Source: a virus
Direction: 5' to 3' (one strand)
Length of the DNA stretch: 64,000 nt
Virus record (IMG/VR): IMGVR_UViG_3300036766_002281
Location: 10,630-74,629 of that record
This document shows positions 18,648 to 26,997 of the stretch, piece by piece. The notes under the pieces are model-generated. The model saw only the letters and a program-made list of their open reading frames with translations, did not search any database and was not told the DNA's origin. The position numbers and the translations under genes are program-made. Within the stretch, counting starts at the first letter, position 1. Each line of letters begins with the position of its first letter.

Positions 18648-19034
18648 ATGAAAATAATCGTGTACAAGACTAGGGAAATAGAGAAGATAATTTCGTTTTT
18701 CCAGCATTTACCCGATGACTGGGATAGTTACGGGAGCCCACGTCCTAGTGCTAAAACTATTTATTCGTTAGAAAAGTTTACATCAAAGTTCTTTAAATTT
18801 TTCTATCTTCGAAATTCTGTTTATGCTATTCCAGGTGGGGGTATCCAACTTGATTTTAGGTATGAGCAGAAAGTTTTAGGATTTGAAATCTTTTCCAACG
18901 GGGAAATTCGTTATGAGCAGTATATAGGTAATAATCTGCTTTCCTGCAACGATCCTATTTGTAATAAGATTTCTTTGAAGGAAGATCTGGCAGATGCTCA
19001 GTTTAATGCTTTACTAAACTGGTTGATGGAGTAG
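18648..19034 (+). CDS. hypothetical protein (LPDDWDSYG motif)
   Basis: ORF 18627-19034; ATG 18648 follows the upstream stop. Confidence 0.65.
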   Translation: MKIIVYKTREIEKIISFFQHLPDDWDSYGSPRPSAKTIYSLEKFTSKFFKFFYLRNSVYAIPGGGIQLDFRYEQKVLGFEIFSNGEIRYEQYIGNNLLSCNDPICNKISLKEDLADAQFNALLNWLME

Positions 19035-19041
19035 CGAGTAA

Positions 19042-19386
19042 ATGATTCATGCGATAAAGGTTTTTCAACGTGAGGCAAGAGAGTTGGGTAGAGATGCCAA
19101 CAGCGTTAAAGAGTTAAAACTTTGGTTTCAGGCAATGACTGACGCTAAGTTTGATTACATTTTTGAGAAGCATCCAGAGTTTAAAACGCAATCAAGTCAT
19201 GAAATAATACAAATACTTAAGAATAGGTATCATCTGGACGGAGAAGAGATTACAGATTTTTTAAAACGTTTTATGCTAAGAGATGAAAAAGAAGCAGTAG
19301 CTCCTTATGATGTGGATCAGACGGAGGGTCGGCCAGGACATTCTTATGAAGAAATTCGTGATGTGTTAACTGGATTAGGAATATAA
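19042..19386 (+). CDS. leader-family protein
   Basis: MIHAIKVFQREARELGRDANSVKELKLWFQA. Confidence 0.8.
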   Translation: MIHAIKVFQREARELGRDANSVKELKLWFQAMTDAKFDYIFEKHPEFKTQSSHEIIQILKNRYHLDGEEITDFLKRFMLRDEKEAVAPYDVDQTEGRPGHSYEEIRDVLTGLGI

Positions 19387-19388
19387 TC

Positions 19389-19568
19389 ATGTATGGGGCA
19401 ATAGAAACTAGTTCTGAAGTAAAAAGACTTTCTTCAGATCGATCTAGTTCTATAAGTAATAGATCTATGGTTGTTCAATGTCACAACTGTTTTGCTTTTG
19501 GAAGCGTAGAAACAAACGAAAGATTTGATTTCTTTTTATGTGATATATGCGTAAACGTAAAGGACTAA
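19389..19568 (+). CDS. small Cys-rich protein (CHNC...CDIC)
   Basis: 59-aa ORF read manually; paralogous to the downstream ORFs. Confidence 0.55.
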   Translation: MYGAIETSSEVKRLSSDRSSSISNRSMVVQCHNCFAFGSVETNERFDFFLCDICVNVKD

Positions 19569-19607
19569 AACGTTCGTTTGTTCTCATTCCACTAAGGGAG
19601 GCTGAAC

Positions 19608-19913
19608 ATGGAAGTAAAAGAATACCAGGCTAGAGTATGTCATAACTGTGTTAAGCCGTTTATTGTGGAAGAGGTATCATTTCGGCGAGTATGCCCCGTA
19701 TGTGCCAGAATTGGTCATGAAAATACAAGTTCGAAGAAGAAATGTTCTAAATGTAGATCGCAGGTCTGGTATAGAAGAATCGTAAGAAAGATTTCGTCCT
19801 GGTTTAAGTATATGGTTGAAGGAGTTAAAAATAGATCACGATTAGTAAAGAAGAAGTCTAAAACTTTAACAATAAGATTAAAAACTGTATCAAAACGATC
19901 AAAACGAAAGTAA
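19608..19913 (+). CDS. zinc-finger protein (CHNC..CPVC..GH..CSKC)
   Basis: Cys/His pattern; SD GGAGG. Confidence 0.7.
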   Translation: MEVKEYQARVCHNCVKPFIVEEVSFRRVCPVCARIGHENTSSKKKCSKCRSQVWYRRIVRKISSWFKYMVEGVKNRSRLVKKKSKTLTIRLKTVSKRSKRK

Positions 19914-19922
19914 ACAAACTAC

Positions 19923-20123
19923 ATGATGTCAAAAGTTACACTTTCAAGATGTCATAATTGCAACGAATACTTTAAAACAGGTCCGGCAAAGAAACAGGCT
20001 TGTGACGAGTGTGCAAAGTTGGGACACGATAATCAAACAGCGGCAAGATGTGCAAAGTGTTTAAACGAAGTAATGGCAGTTACCTGGGATGCCAATAATG
20101 CTGGAACAGAAGAAGGATGCTAA
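19923..20123 (+). CDS. zinc-finger protein (CHNC..CDEC..GH..CAKC)
   Basis: Same Cys/His pattern. Confidence 0.7.
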   Translation: MMSKVTLSRCHNCNEYFKTGPAKKQACDECAKLGHDNQTAARCAKCLNEVMAVTWDANNAGTEEGC

Positions 20124-20147
20124 ACAGTCATGTATCGAAAGTAAGAA

Positions 20148-20342
20148 ATGGAAAAGAAATGCCACTGGTGTTTTGTCGTTATCGTTGTGGAACGGAAACA
20201 AAACGAAAAGGAACTTTGTTGCTCTAATTGTGAAACTTTAGGACATAACAAAAATGGATGTGCCAAATGTAAAAGATACTGGCGAGAACGCTTCATTGAA
20301 TGCTCTTCCGCAGGAGTTGGAAAAGAACCAGTTAACTCTTGA
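20148..20342 (+). CDS. zinc-finger protein (CHWC..CSNC..GH..CAKC)
   Basis: Same Cys/His pattern. Confidence 0.65.
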   Translation: MEKKCHWCFVVIVVERKQNEKELCCSNCETLGHNKNGCAKCKRYWRERFIECSSAGVGKEPVNS

Positions 20343-20703
20343 GCAAAGGCATGTTGTGGAATGCTTCAAAACATGGTTGGATATTAGACATAAGAACCAT
20401 CAGGGAGATTCCCCAACTTCTGCAGATATAGATCATTCAGCCTTGCTTTGGAGAATGATCGTGGAAAGAAAACAGCCATTACTAGAGCCACCACTTTTGC
20501 ACATGAGCTGCCCAGATTATAACTCTGTGGAGGGAGATAGTCCAAAACATCCATGGGATCCATATCGTGATCCAACAAAATGTGCCTCTTGTCATACTGG
20601 TCATAGATGGGAAAGAGACAAAGAAATTCATCCACGATGTGTTGTCTGTGGAGGGTATGGTCATTTAGCTTGTTTAAGGGAAAAATCAGTAGAGGTAAAA
20701 TGA
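20254..20703 (+). CDS. hypothetical protein with C-terminal Cys/His cluster
   Basis: DIDHSALLWRM; CASC..CVVC..H..C. Confidence 0.6.
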   Translation: MDVPNVKDTGENASLNALPQELEKNQLTLEQRHVVECFKTWLDIRHKNHQGDSPTSADIDHSALLWRMIVERKQPLLEPPLLHMSCPDYNSVEGDSPKHPWDPYRDPTKCASCHTGHRWERDKEIHPRCVVCGGYGHLACLREKSVEVK

Positions 20704-20704
20704 A

Positions 20705-21274
20705 ATGAAAAAAGTTCACGAGGCATTGCTTATTATTTTAATGTTAGTAACTGCCATAGTATCTTCAAATACAGTTAGGGCTTCTGGTTCTATTGCTACC
20801 ACCTATTATTTTCTACCACAACAAAAAGATGAAGTTCTAAAGTTCCAACACGATCTTATTACAACGGCTAAAAAGAAGTTGGATGTTGCTATGTACGGTC
20901 TTACTTCCTCGAATAATAATAGCTATGCAACAGATTTATTGGATGCCTGTAAAAGAGGAATACAAGTTCGTTTACTGAGGGACCAACTTCAATCTAGTTC
21001 TAAAGCTTCATCCGCTATCAATCTAGAAATTTCTAAGTTTAAGAATTGTGAAGTTAGATTAAAAAAGGTAGTAGCACCAATTATGCATTCTAAGGTGACC
21101 ATTGTAGATGGAACAAAAGTTTTCTGGGGAAGTTTAAACGAATCTGGATCAGGTCCAGCAGAAACAAACATAATGGAATCGAATAGTTCTGGAACAGTAT
21201 TTGAAAAAGCCTTTGAAGACTGGTGGAAGAACTCAATCTCACTAGCAGATTTCTTACTAAAGAGCAAAAAATAA
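20705..21274 (+). CDS. secreted phospholipase D-family (Nuc-like) nuclease
   Basis: Signal peptide; LDVAMY; RGIQVRLL; MHSKVTIVD..VFWGSLN (HKD motif). Confidence 0.88.
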   Translation: MKKVHEALLIILMLVTAIVSSNTVRASGSIATTYYFLPQQKDEVLKFQHDLITTAKKKLDVAMYGLTSSNNNSYATDLLDACKRGIQVRLLRDQLQSSSKASSAINLEISKFKNCEVRLKKVVAPIMHSKVTIVDGTKVFWGSLNESGSGPAETNIMESNSSGTVFEKAFEDWWKNSISLADFLLKSKK

Positions 21275-21288
21275 TCTAAGGAGAATAC

Positions 21289-22113
21289 ATGTCAGATCTA
21301 TTTGAGAAGATCGGAGAACGTCTTATAAATGAAGTTAAGCAACCAGTTCTTGTTCCAGCAGGACAGATTATTTTCTTCTTAAAGGATGCTGAAGAAGGGG
21401 TGGGAGCAGGAGCAGAAGTTGGGGAAGGGGAATTTGTAGAACAGATTGCAGATGACTTCGTTCAGATTCAAAGTAATGGAGATGTTCTTGGTTATCCTGT
21501 AGAGAGTATTGCCGACGATGAGAAGTTGTCTATTGTGCCTGCCTCAAAGATTTTTGCTTCGATCGAAGAATGTCAAGAAGCCTATCCAGAAGTTTTTGCA
21601 TTAAAAGAACAAAAGGTATCAGACAATCTATCGGTAGTTGGTAAACGTACAGCATGGATAATCAATGACGATACAGAAAAAGAGTTAACCAGTCATAATC
21701 TACAAAAGCAAGTTGTATCGTTTGTACGTAACTTTCTTTCTAACTATGATATTGGTGCTCAGTATGATTTGAAATTCTATACGGTAAGAAATGGATCTTA
21801 CAAAGAGCGTAACGTTATTGAATCAGGGGATATTAGTCTAGGATTAAATCTCAGAACGATCTCGAATGTTAAAATCAAAACAGATGTTACTGTGCCAATT
21901 CGGGGTGGAAAAATGATTGAGCCATCTGTATTGTTCCTAAACGGAGGACCAAGAATTATTTGTCAGTCCACCTTCGATCGACTAATTAAGGATAATACCT
22001 TCAGTCATCCAATGTATGGCAATCCTGAACGGTTTGTTACCCCTGAGATTTTGAAAATGTACCAACGTACTCGTATTCCAAGAATTAATCCTGGAGTGTA
22101 TGGGCGTGAGTGA
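21289..22113 (+). CDS. hypothetical protein (KRTA motif)
   Basis: 274 aa, SD AAGGAG. Confidence 0.7.
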   Translation: MSDLFEKIGERLINEVKQPVLVPAGQIIFFLKDAEEGVGAGAEVGEGEFVEQIADDFVQIQSNGDVLGYPVESIADDEKLSIVPASKIFASIEECQEAYPEVFALKEQKVSDNLSVVGKRTAWIINDDTEKELTSHNLQKQVVSFVRNFLSNYDIGAQYDLKFYTVRNGSYKERNVIESGDISLGLNLRTISNVKIKTDVTVPIRGGKMIEPSVLFLNGGPRIICQSTFDRLIKDNTFSHPMYGNPERFVTPEILKMYQRTRIPRINPGVYGRE

Positions 22114-22183
22114 CCTATGAATAGTAATTTAGAAAGTTGCGTTAGTAAAATAAAGGAAGAATTAATTTTGGAGGGAATAAATT

Positions 22184-22357
22184 ATGAATAGACGCGATGT
22201 TAGAAATAGGATAAAGAAAAAAAGAACTCGTCCTACAAGTATACAAATTCATAGGGCGTTTAATCGCTTTAAACAATTGGCTTGTAATGCCATTAGAATC
22301 CCGGTTGATTATGAAGGTTGGGCTAAAAAGATTTTGAAAGTTGTACCAATGGGGTAG
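22184..22357 (+). CDS. 57-aa basic protein ending in a major-capsid-protein-like segment
   Basis: SD GGAGGG; ...IRIPVDYEGWAKKILKVVPMG* versus MCP IKELIDYEGWARKCLRVRPL. Confidence 0.65.
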   Translation: MNRRDVRNRIKKKRTRPTSIQIHRAFNRFKQLACNAIRIPVDYEGWAKKILKVVPMG

Positions 22358-22360
22358 AAA

Positions 22361-22645
22361 TTGAATATGGAAAAACTTAAAGATAGTATTTCGCGTCTAA
22401 GAACTGTTGATAAATGGATACTAGATCAGTGGATACTAGTTCAATTTTTTGATTTACGAAAAGGCGATATCTTTCGTATGTTTGAAGACGAAGCTCGTAC
22501 TGAACCAGTGAAGGACAAAGAAGGAAATATTGTTTCTGTGGCAACTTCAGATCCTTACAAAGATTATAGTAATAGTGTGGTTGGAGTTTACACAATAGAA
22601 TGCGATCCCTACATTGGAGGACTACATGACAGAGTCTTCAACTAA
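22361..22645 (+). CDS. hypothetical protein
   Basis: 94 aa; LRKGDIFRMFE. Confidence 0.65.
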   Translation: MNMEKLKDSISRLRTVDKWILDQWILVQFFDLRKGDIFRMFEDEARTEPVKDKEGNIVSVATSDPYKDYSNSVVGVYTIECDPYIGGLHDRVFN

Positions 22646-22979
22646 GAAATCCTTCTTTTCTATCTTGTTAGGAAGAATAGATGGAATAATGGCTATCGTA
22701 GGTTTAGTAGCTTTAGGATTTGGGGCACCGTATTGGCTGGATGATCACTATGCTCGAGCTTCAGAAGTTGTGCAACTAAAAGAACAATTTGAGCAACAAC
22801 AACTTGAGAGTCGTCAGTTTTCTGTTCAGCAGAATATATTTGCACTGACGAATAAGTACAAGGATACTTCTAAGATGTCGATTGAAGACAAAATCAATTT
22901 ACAGAAGTTGCAAGATTTATTAAAAAGGGTGAACGATCGTTTGGAAGTACTGGACAAGAAATTAGGCCTCACCCCGTAA
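22614..22979 (+). CDS. single-TM coiled-coil membrane protein
   Basis: IMAIVGLVALGFGAPYWL followed by a heptad-rich tail. Confidence 0.65.
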   Translation: MEDYMTESSTKKSFFSILLGRIDGIMAIVGLVALGFGAPYWLDDHYARASEVVQLKEQFEQQQLESRQFSVQQNIFALTNKYKDTSKMSIEDKINLQKLQDLLKRVNDRLEVLDKKLGLTP

Positions 22980-23000
22980 TAAAGAATGGAGGAATAAGCA

Positions 23001-23942
23001 TTGGAACAGAAAAGCATCCAGGTCAGCGTTCTTGGGATCGGTGGTTGTGGTGGTAACATCTTAGCAGATGTCTATGCTGATTTGAAAGATTCTACTACCC
23101 CTATTACTTATAGAATTATGAATACCGATGTTCAGGCGCTTTCTTTTGTAATGGATCGTGGTTTTCCAAAAGACTTTCTCACTCAGATTGGTGGTAATGC
23201 TACTCGTGGGTTAGGGGCAGGATCGAATCCCGATGTAGGACGTTCAGCAGCGCAAGAGGACATTACTGAGATAAGAAGTTTGGTTACGGGAAAAGATCTG
23301 GTTATTGTTATTACTGGTCTGGGTGGAGGAACAGGATCAGGGGCTACTCCAGTAATACTTAAAGAAGCCAAAGAAGCAAATGCCCTGACAATGTGTTGTT
23401 GCGTAATGCCGTATTCTTTTGAATCAGCGGCAAGAAATAGTATTGCAAAGAAAGCCTTGAAAGAGATTGCAGAAACTTGCGATGCCTATCTTGCTGTATC
23501 AAACGACGCAGCAGAAAGCCTTGTTTTCAAAGACGTAATCAAGGAAATTAACAGTTCAGTATCTCAAGGTATTCAAGTTACTTTAGACGTACTACTCAAT
23601 GCCAGTTTAGTAAACTTAGATTTTGCAGATTTTACTACCGTAATAAAGAATGGAGGGAAAACATATTTTTCGTATGCTTGTTTCGATGGAGACAAACGAG
23701 ACGAGAAAATAGTCAAGGAACTCACCAGATTGAAGTTATATCCTGGTGCATCTCTTAAAAAGATTCAACGTGCTGTCATATTTGTGCGCGGTGGATCTGA
23801 TATGAGAAAAGAGGAGCTGAAAACTATTGTTAACTCTATTCAAGAAAAGCTATCGGAAGATGTGCTTGTGCTTATGGGGGTATCCGTCAAGGAATCTAAA
23901 AGTACTATCGAAGCGGCATTCGTTGGAGTTGTTGGAAATTGA
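23001..23942 (+). CDS. ftsZ: FtsZ/tubulin-family GTPase
   Basis: LGIGGCGGN, NTDVQAL, TRGLGAGSNP, GLGGGTGSG, VNLDFAD; TTG start after GGAGG; no C-terminal tail. Confidence 0.92.
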   Translation: MEQKSIQVSVLGIGGCGGNILADVYADLKDSTTPITYRIMNTDVQALSFVMDRGFPKDFLTQIGGNATRGLGAGSNPDVGRSAAQEDITEIRSLVTGKDLVIVITGLGGGTGSGATPVILKEAKEANALTMCCCVMPYSFESAARNSIAKKALKEIAETCDAYLAVSNDAAESLVFKDVIKEINSSVSQGIQVTLDVLLNASLVNLDFADFTTVIKNGGKTYFSYACFDGDKRDEKIVKELTRLKLYPGASLKKIQRAVIFVRGGSDMRKEELKTIVNSIQEKLSEDVLVLMGVSVKESKSTIEAAFVGVVGN

Positions 23943-24180
23943 TATGTTGGATGTAGTAAGTGGGGTAAAGGGAATTGTGTATATGAAACGTAGAAAGCAT
24001 GAGATTCCTGCTAAATGGGCATTCGTTTTTCTAAACAAAAGTGCCTATATAACCCATACCTATTTTAGGCAGATGGGAAAAAGATTTTGGTTTCATTTTT
24101 GGACTCCAAAGTGGCATGAAGGCAGAGGACCTTATTTATCAGTTGGTCTTGGAATAGTAGCAATCTATAGAGGATATTAG

Positions 24181-25387
24181 TTTAGGGGATGAATCGTAAA
24201 ATTATAAAGTAAATGATAAAAACATATAAATATAGACTTTACCCAACAAAAAAGCAGGTTCAGAAACTAGAGCTTACTCTTGATATTTGTCGTATCCTGT
24301 ATAATTCTTGTCTCTTGGATAGGAAAAATACTTGGGAGAAAACAGGAAAAGGTTTGTCTTACAATCAGCAATGTGAAATTTTAACTCAAAACAAGAAAAC
24401 TGTTTTATTCTTAAAAGAAATACATTCTCAGGTTCTCCAGGATGTCTTACTGAGAGTAGATAAGTCTTTTCAGAATTTCTTCAGGCGAATAAAACAAAAA
24501 CAAGGTAAAGCCGGGTACCCAAGATTCAAGGCAATGAATCGTTACGATAGTTTCTGCTATCCACAAAGTGGTTTTGAAATTGTAGACGGTAAACTAAAAC
24601 TCTCTAAAATCGGAACTATTAAGCTAAAACTACATAGAAAAATAGTAGGACAAATCAAAACTTGTACTATTAAGAAAGAACTTGATCGCTGGTACGCCTG
24701 TTTCTCGGTTGAACATCAACCACAAAAACGACCGGTACCAACCAAATCTATAGGAATAGATGTAGGCCTCACCAATTTTGCTACTCTTTCCAACGTAGAG
24801 GTTATAGAAAATCCAAGGCATCTTAGAAAATCAGAAAACAAACTAAAACTGAAACAACGATTACTTTCTAAAAAAATTAAAGGTTCTAATAACAGAACCA
24901 AAGCCAGAACTACCTTAGCTAAACTGCATAGAAAAGTAAGAAACCAAAGATTAGATTTTCATCATCAAGAAAGTAGAAAGTTAGTCAACGAATATGGCTT
25001 TATAGCTGTAGAAGATCTACAAATCAAAAACATGGTTCAGAACCACCATCTTGCTAAATCAATTTCAGATGCTGGATGGGGTCAGTTTTTGTCCCTGCTC
25101 AAGTACAAAGCGGAAGAAGCTGGTAGTTGGGTAGAAAAAGTAGGAGCTTATTATACAAGTCAGATATGTAGTCATTGCGGTGAACTGGTCAAGAAAACAC
25201 TCTCACAAAGAGTGCACTTGTGCACAAACTGTGGGCTGTTATTAGACCGAGATCATAACGCTGCTATAAATATTATTAATAAATCTACGGCAGGAACTGC
25301 CGGATTTCAAGCTTGGGGAGAAACGACGTATCAAAGTCCTTCGACGAACCAAGAAGTCACTGAGTTTTTAACTCAAGGGTAGTTCAC
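24181..25387 (+). mobile_element. non-autonomous IS605/IS1341-type element (tnpB only)
   Basis: No tnpA in the window; right end ...CACTGAGTTTTTAACTCAAGGGTAGTTCAC; left boundary approximate. Confidence 0.7.
24213..25382 (+). CDS. tnpB: IS200/IS605-family TnpB RNA-guided endonuclease
   Basis: KTYKYRLYPT, GYPRFK, RuvC IGIDVG / AVEDL / DRDHNAA, Zn finger CSHC-CTNC. Confidence 0.95.
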   Translation: MIKTYKYRLYPTKKQVQKLELTLDICRILYNSCLLDRKNTWEKTGKGLSYNQQCEILTQNKKTVLFLKEIHSQVLQDVLLRVDKSFQNFFRRIKQKQGKAGYPRFKAMNRYDSFCYPQSGFEIVDGKLKLSKIGTIKLKLHRKIVGQIKTCTIKKELDRWYACFSVEHQPQKRPVPTKSIGIDVGLTNFATLSNVEVIENPRHLRKSENKLKLKQRLLSKKIKGSNNRTKARTTLAKLHRKVRNQRLDFHHQESRKLVNEYGFIAVEDLQIKNMVQNHHLAKSISDAGWGQFLSLLKYKAEEAGSWVEKVGAYYTSQICSHCGELVKKTLSQRVHLCTNCGLLLDRDHNAAINIINKSTAGTAGFQAWGETTYQSPSTNQEVTEFLTQG

Positions 25388-25405
25388 TTGGTAGAACATC
25401 ATTGT
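25285..25405 (+). ncRNA. predicted TnpB omega/reRNA (scaffold ending TTCAC at 25387, guide from the flank)
   Basis: Typical 3' region ACGGCAGGAACTGCCGGA...GAACCAAGAAG, then hairpin and TTCAC; boundaries inferred. Confidence 0.55.
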
Positions 25406-25448
25406 AATGTAATTAAAATTAGTATCTAAGAGGATAAGACTAAATAGA

Positions 25449-25730
25449 ATGACTCGTCGTAGGCATTCTAAAAAACTGTTGGAAGAATACAGGAAAAAGA
25501 TTTTAGCTAGTTCAAAGGATTTACATTTCTATGGAATACAAGCATCGGAAGACTATCTGGACAATCGACTAAGTAATGAGCAGTACATTTACATTATGGA
25601 TCAGATTGAGGAAGATGTAGGTAGATTTTTGTTACTGATTCAAGAGTGTAAGAAGTTTCACCAGGCAATCAACATTAAACAGTTGTTAGCAGTAACAACT
25701 GAAAAACCAAATAGGAGGAGATTACAATGA
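25449..25730 (+). CDS. hypothetical protein
   Basis: 93 aa; ATGA overlap with the next gene. Confidence 0.6.
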   Translation: MTRRRHSKKLLEEYRKKILASSKDLHFYGIQASEDYLDNRLSNEQYIYIMDQIEEDVGRFLLLIQECKKFHQAINIKQLLAVTTEKPNRRRLQ

Positions 25731-26113
25731 AAGTATTTAAATTAGTATTGATGTTAACGGTATTGATGGTTGGATTGAGTTTGAGCATGCCAAGGAAGGC
25801 TAGTGCAACTGGAAATGTTTGTACTCCATGTACAGCTACTTGGACAGCCAACGCGTCAACAGATAACGTTACTGGATATAATGTTTATCTGTCTACGAAT
25901 GCCGCCGCAACAATTGCCAATTCAACAAAGGCCGCCGCAGGAAATGTTACGACAGCCACAATGGCAACTCTGTTTACTTTAACAAATGGTACCCAGTATT
26001 ATACCTTTGTTACAGCTGTTAACGTTGCTGGAGAATCAGGTGCAAGCACTATTGTTCCATTTGTTTATCAGAATGCAGCTCCTGGGGTTGTTCAGGGCGT
26101 AACAGTTAAGTAA
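25727..26113 (+). CDS. secreted fibronectin type III domain protein
   Basis: Signal peptide; TW..NVTGYNVY..LTNGTQYY.FVTAVN.AGES. Confidence 0.85.
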   Translation: MKVFKLVLMLTVLMVGLSLSMPRKASATGNVCTPCTATWTANASTDNVTGYNVYLSTNAAATIANSTKAAAGNVTTATMATLFTLTNGTQYYTFVTAVNVAGESGASTIVPFVYQNAAPGVVQGVTVK

Positions 26114-26143
26114 AAGTAAGAGTAAGCTACAACGACAACGACA

Positions 26144-26641
26144 ATGACAATGAAGAAGCATGAAATGAGAAAATGGAATTATCTATATCTTGGTATAGTG
26201 GTTCTTCTTCTCATTTCATGCGCTTCTTCTCCAACAGTTTATCCATCTTCAAATGGGCAGATATCTGGGGAACTTAGATCAAGTGCAAAGCAAGGAATAA
26301 GATTTGCGCAAACTGCAGGAAGCGTAAGTGCCTTAACGTGGGATGCCCCTACTACAAATGTAGATGGAAGCCTTTTAACAGATTTGGCTGGATTCAAAGT
26401 CTACTGGGGATTGACTTCTGGATCTTATTCAAGCGTAAAAGATGTTGGAATGGCTGGCGTAGGCAATGGTAATTTAGTAGGTGGAGTAGATATCAGTAGC
26501 TTAGGATGGCCTCAGAATACAACGTATTATGTTGTGCTTACAGCCTATGATACCTATGGCAACGAATCTTCTTATTCAAATCAAGTAAGTGGATTTTACG
26601 ATGGACTTGCTGGATCTCCTTTTCAGATTAAAGTACAGTAA
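26144..26641 (+). CDS. Fn3-domain lipoprotein
   Basis: LLLISC lipobox; LTWDAPTTN.DG..LTDLAGFKVYWG..YYVVLTAYD..GNES. Confidence 0.85.
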   Translation: MTMKKHEMRKWNYLYLGIVVLLLISCASSPTVYPSSNGQISGELRSSAKQGIRFAQTAGSVSALTWDAPTTNVDGSLLTDLAGFKVYWGLTSGSYSSVKDVGMAGVGNGNLVGGVDISSLGWPQNTTYYVVLTAYDTYGNESSYSNQVSGFYDGLAGSPFQIKVQ

Positions 26642-26653
26642 TAGGATAAGGCT

Positions 26654-26980
26654 ATGAAAAACTTTATAAGATTTTTGGTTCTTGCATTAATTGGTTTCTT
26701 TCAGTTGGCAGCAACTTGCACGCCTATTCCTACTACTGATCCAAAAGTTTCAGCAGTACAATGGATTCCAAATATTGCTACTGATTATGTTCAAGGGTAT
26801 AAAGTTTACGTGGGAATTCAAACGCAGGTTTACCCACTGGTTAAAGATGTTGGAGAGGTATCAAGCTATTCCCTAACAAGTCTTGGGTTAAAAACTGGGG
26901 TACATTATTATCTTACAGTTACTGCTTATAATGTTGCTGGAGAATCTATAAAGTCTGCAGAAGTGCAATTTGATTACTAG
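26654..26980 (+). CDS. exported Fn3-domain protein
   Basis: Signal-like N-terminus; W..GYKVYVG..LKTG.HYYLTVTAYN.AGES. Confidence 0.8.
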   Translation: MKNFIRFLVLALIGFFQLAATCTPIPTTDPKVSAVQWIPNIATDYVQGYKVYVGIQTQVYPLVKDVGEVSSYSLTSLGLKTGVHYYLTVTAYNVAGESIKSAEVQFDY

Positions 26981-26997
26981 TAGTAGAGAGGAAGATA

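Noticed and set aside
6749-19135. Leader repeats as a CRISPR array or integron attC array
   Set aside because: The repeats are ~90-nt protein-coding segments with RBS/ATG, conserved mainly at amino-acid level, irregularly spaced and non-palindromic. No cas or integrase gene is in the window.
23001-23942. PhuZ spindle / phage-nucleus system
   Set aside because: The sequence has bacterial FtsZ signatures, and no chimallin-like gene is recognisable in this window. It cannot be excluded elsewhere in the genome.
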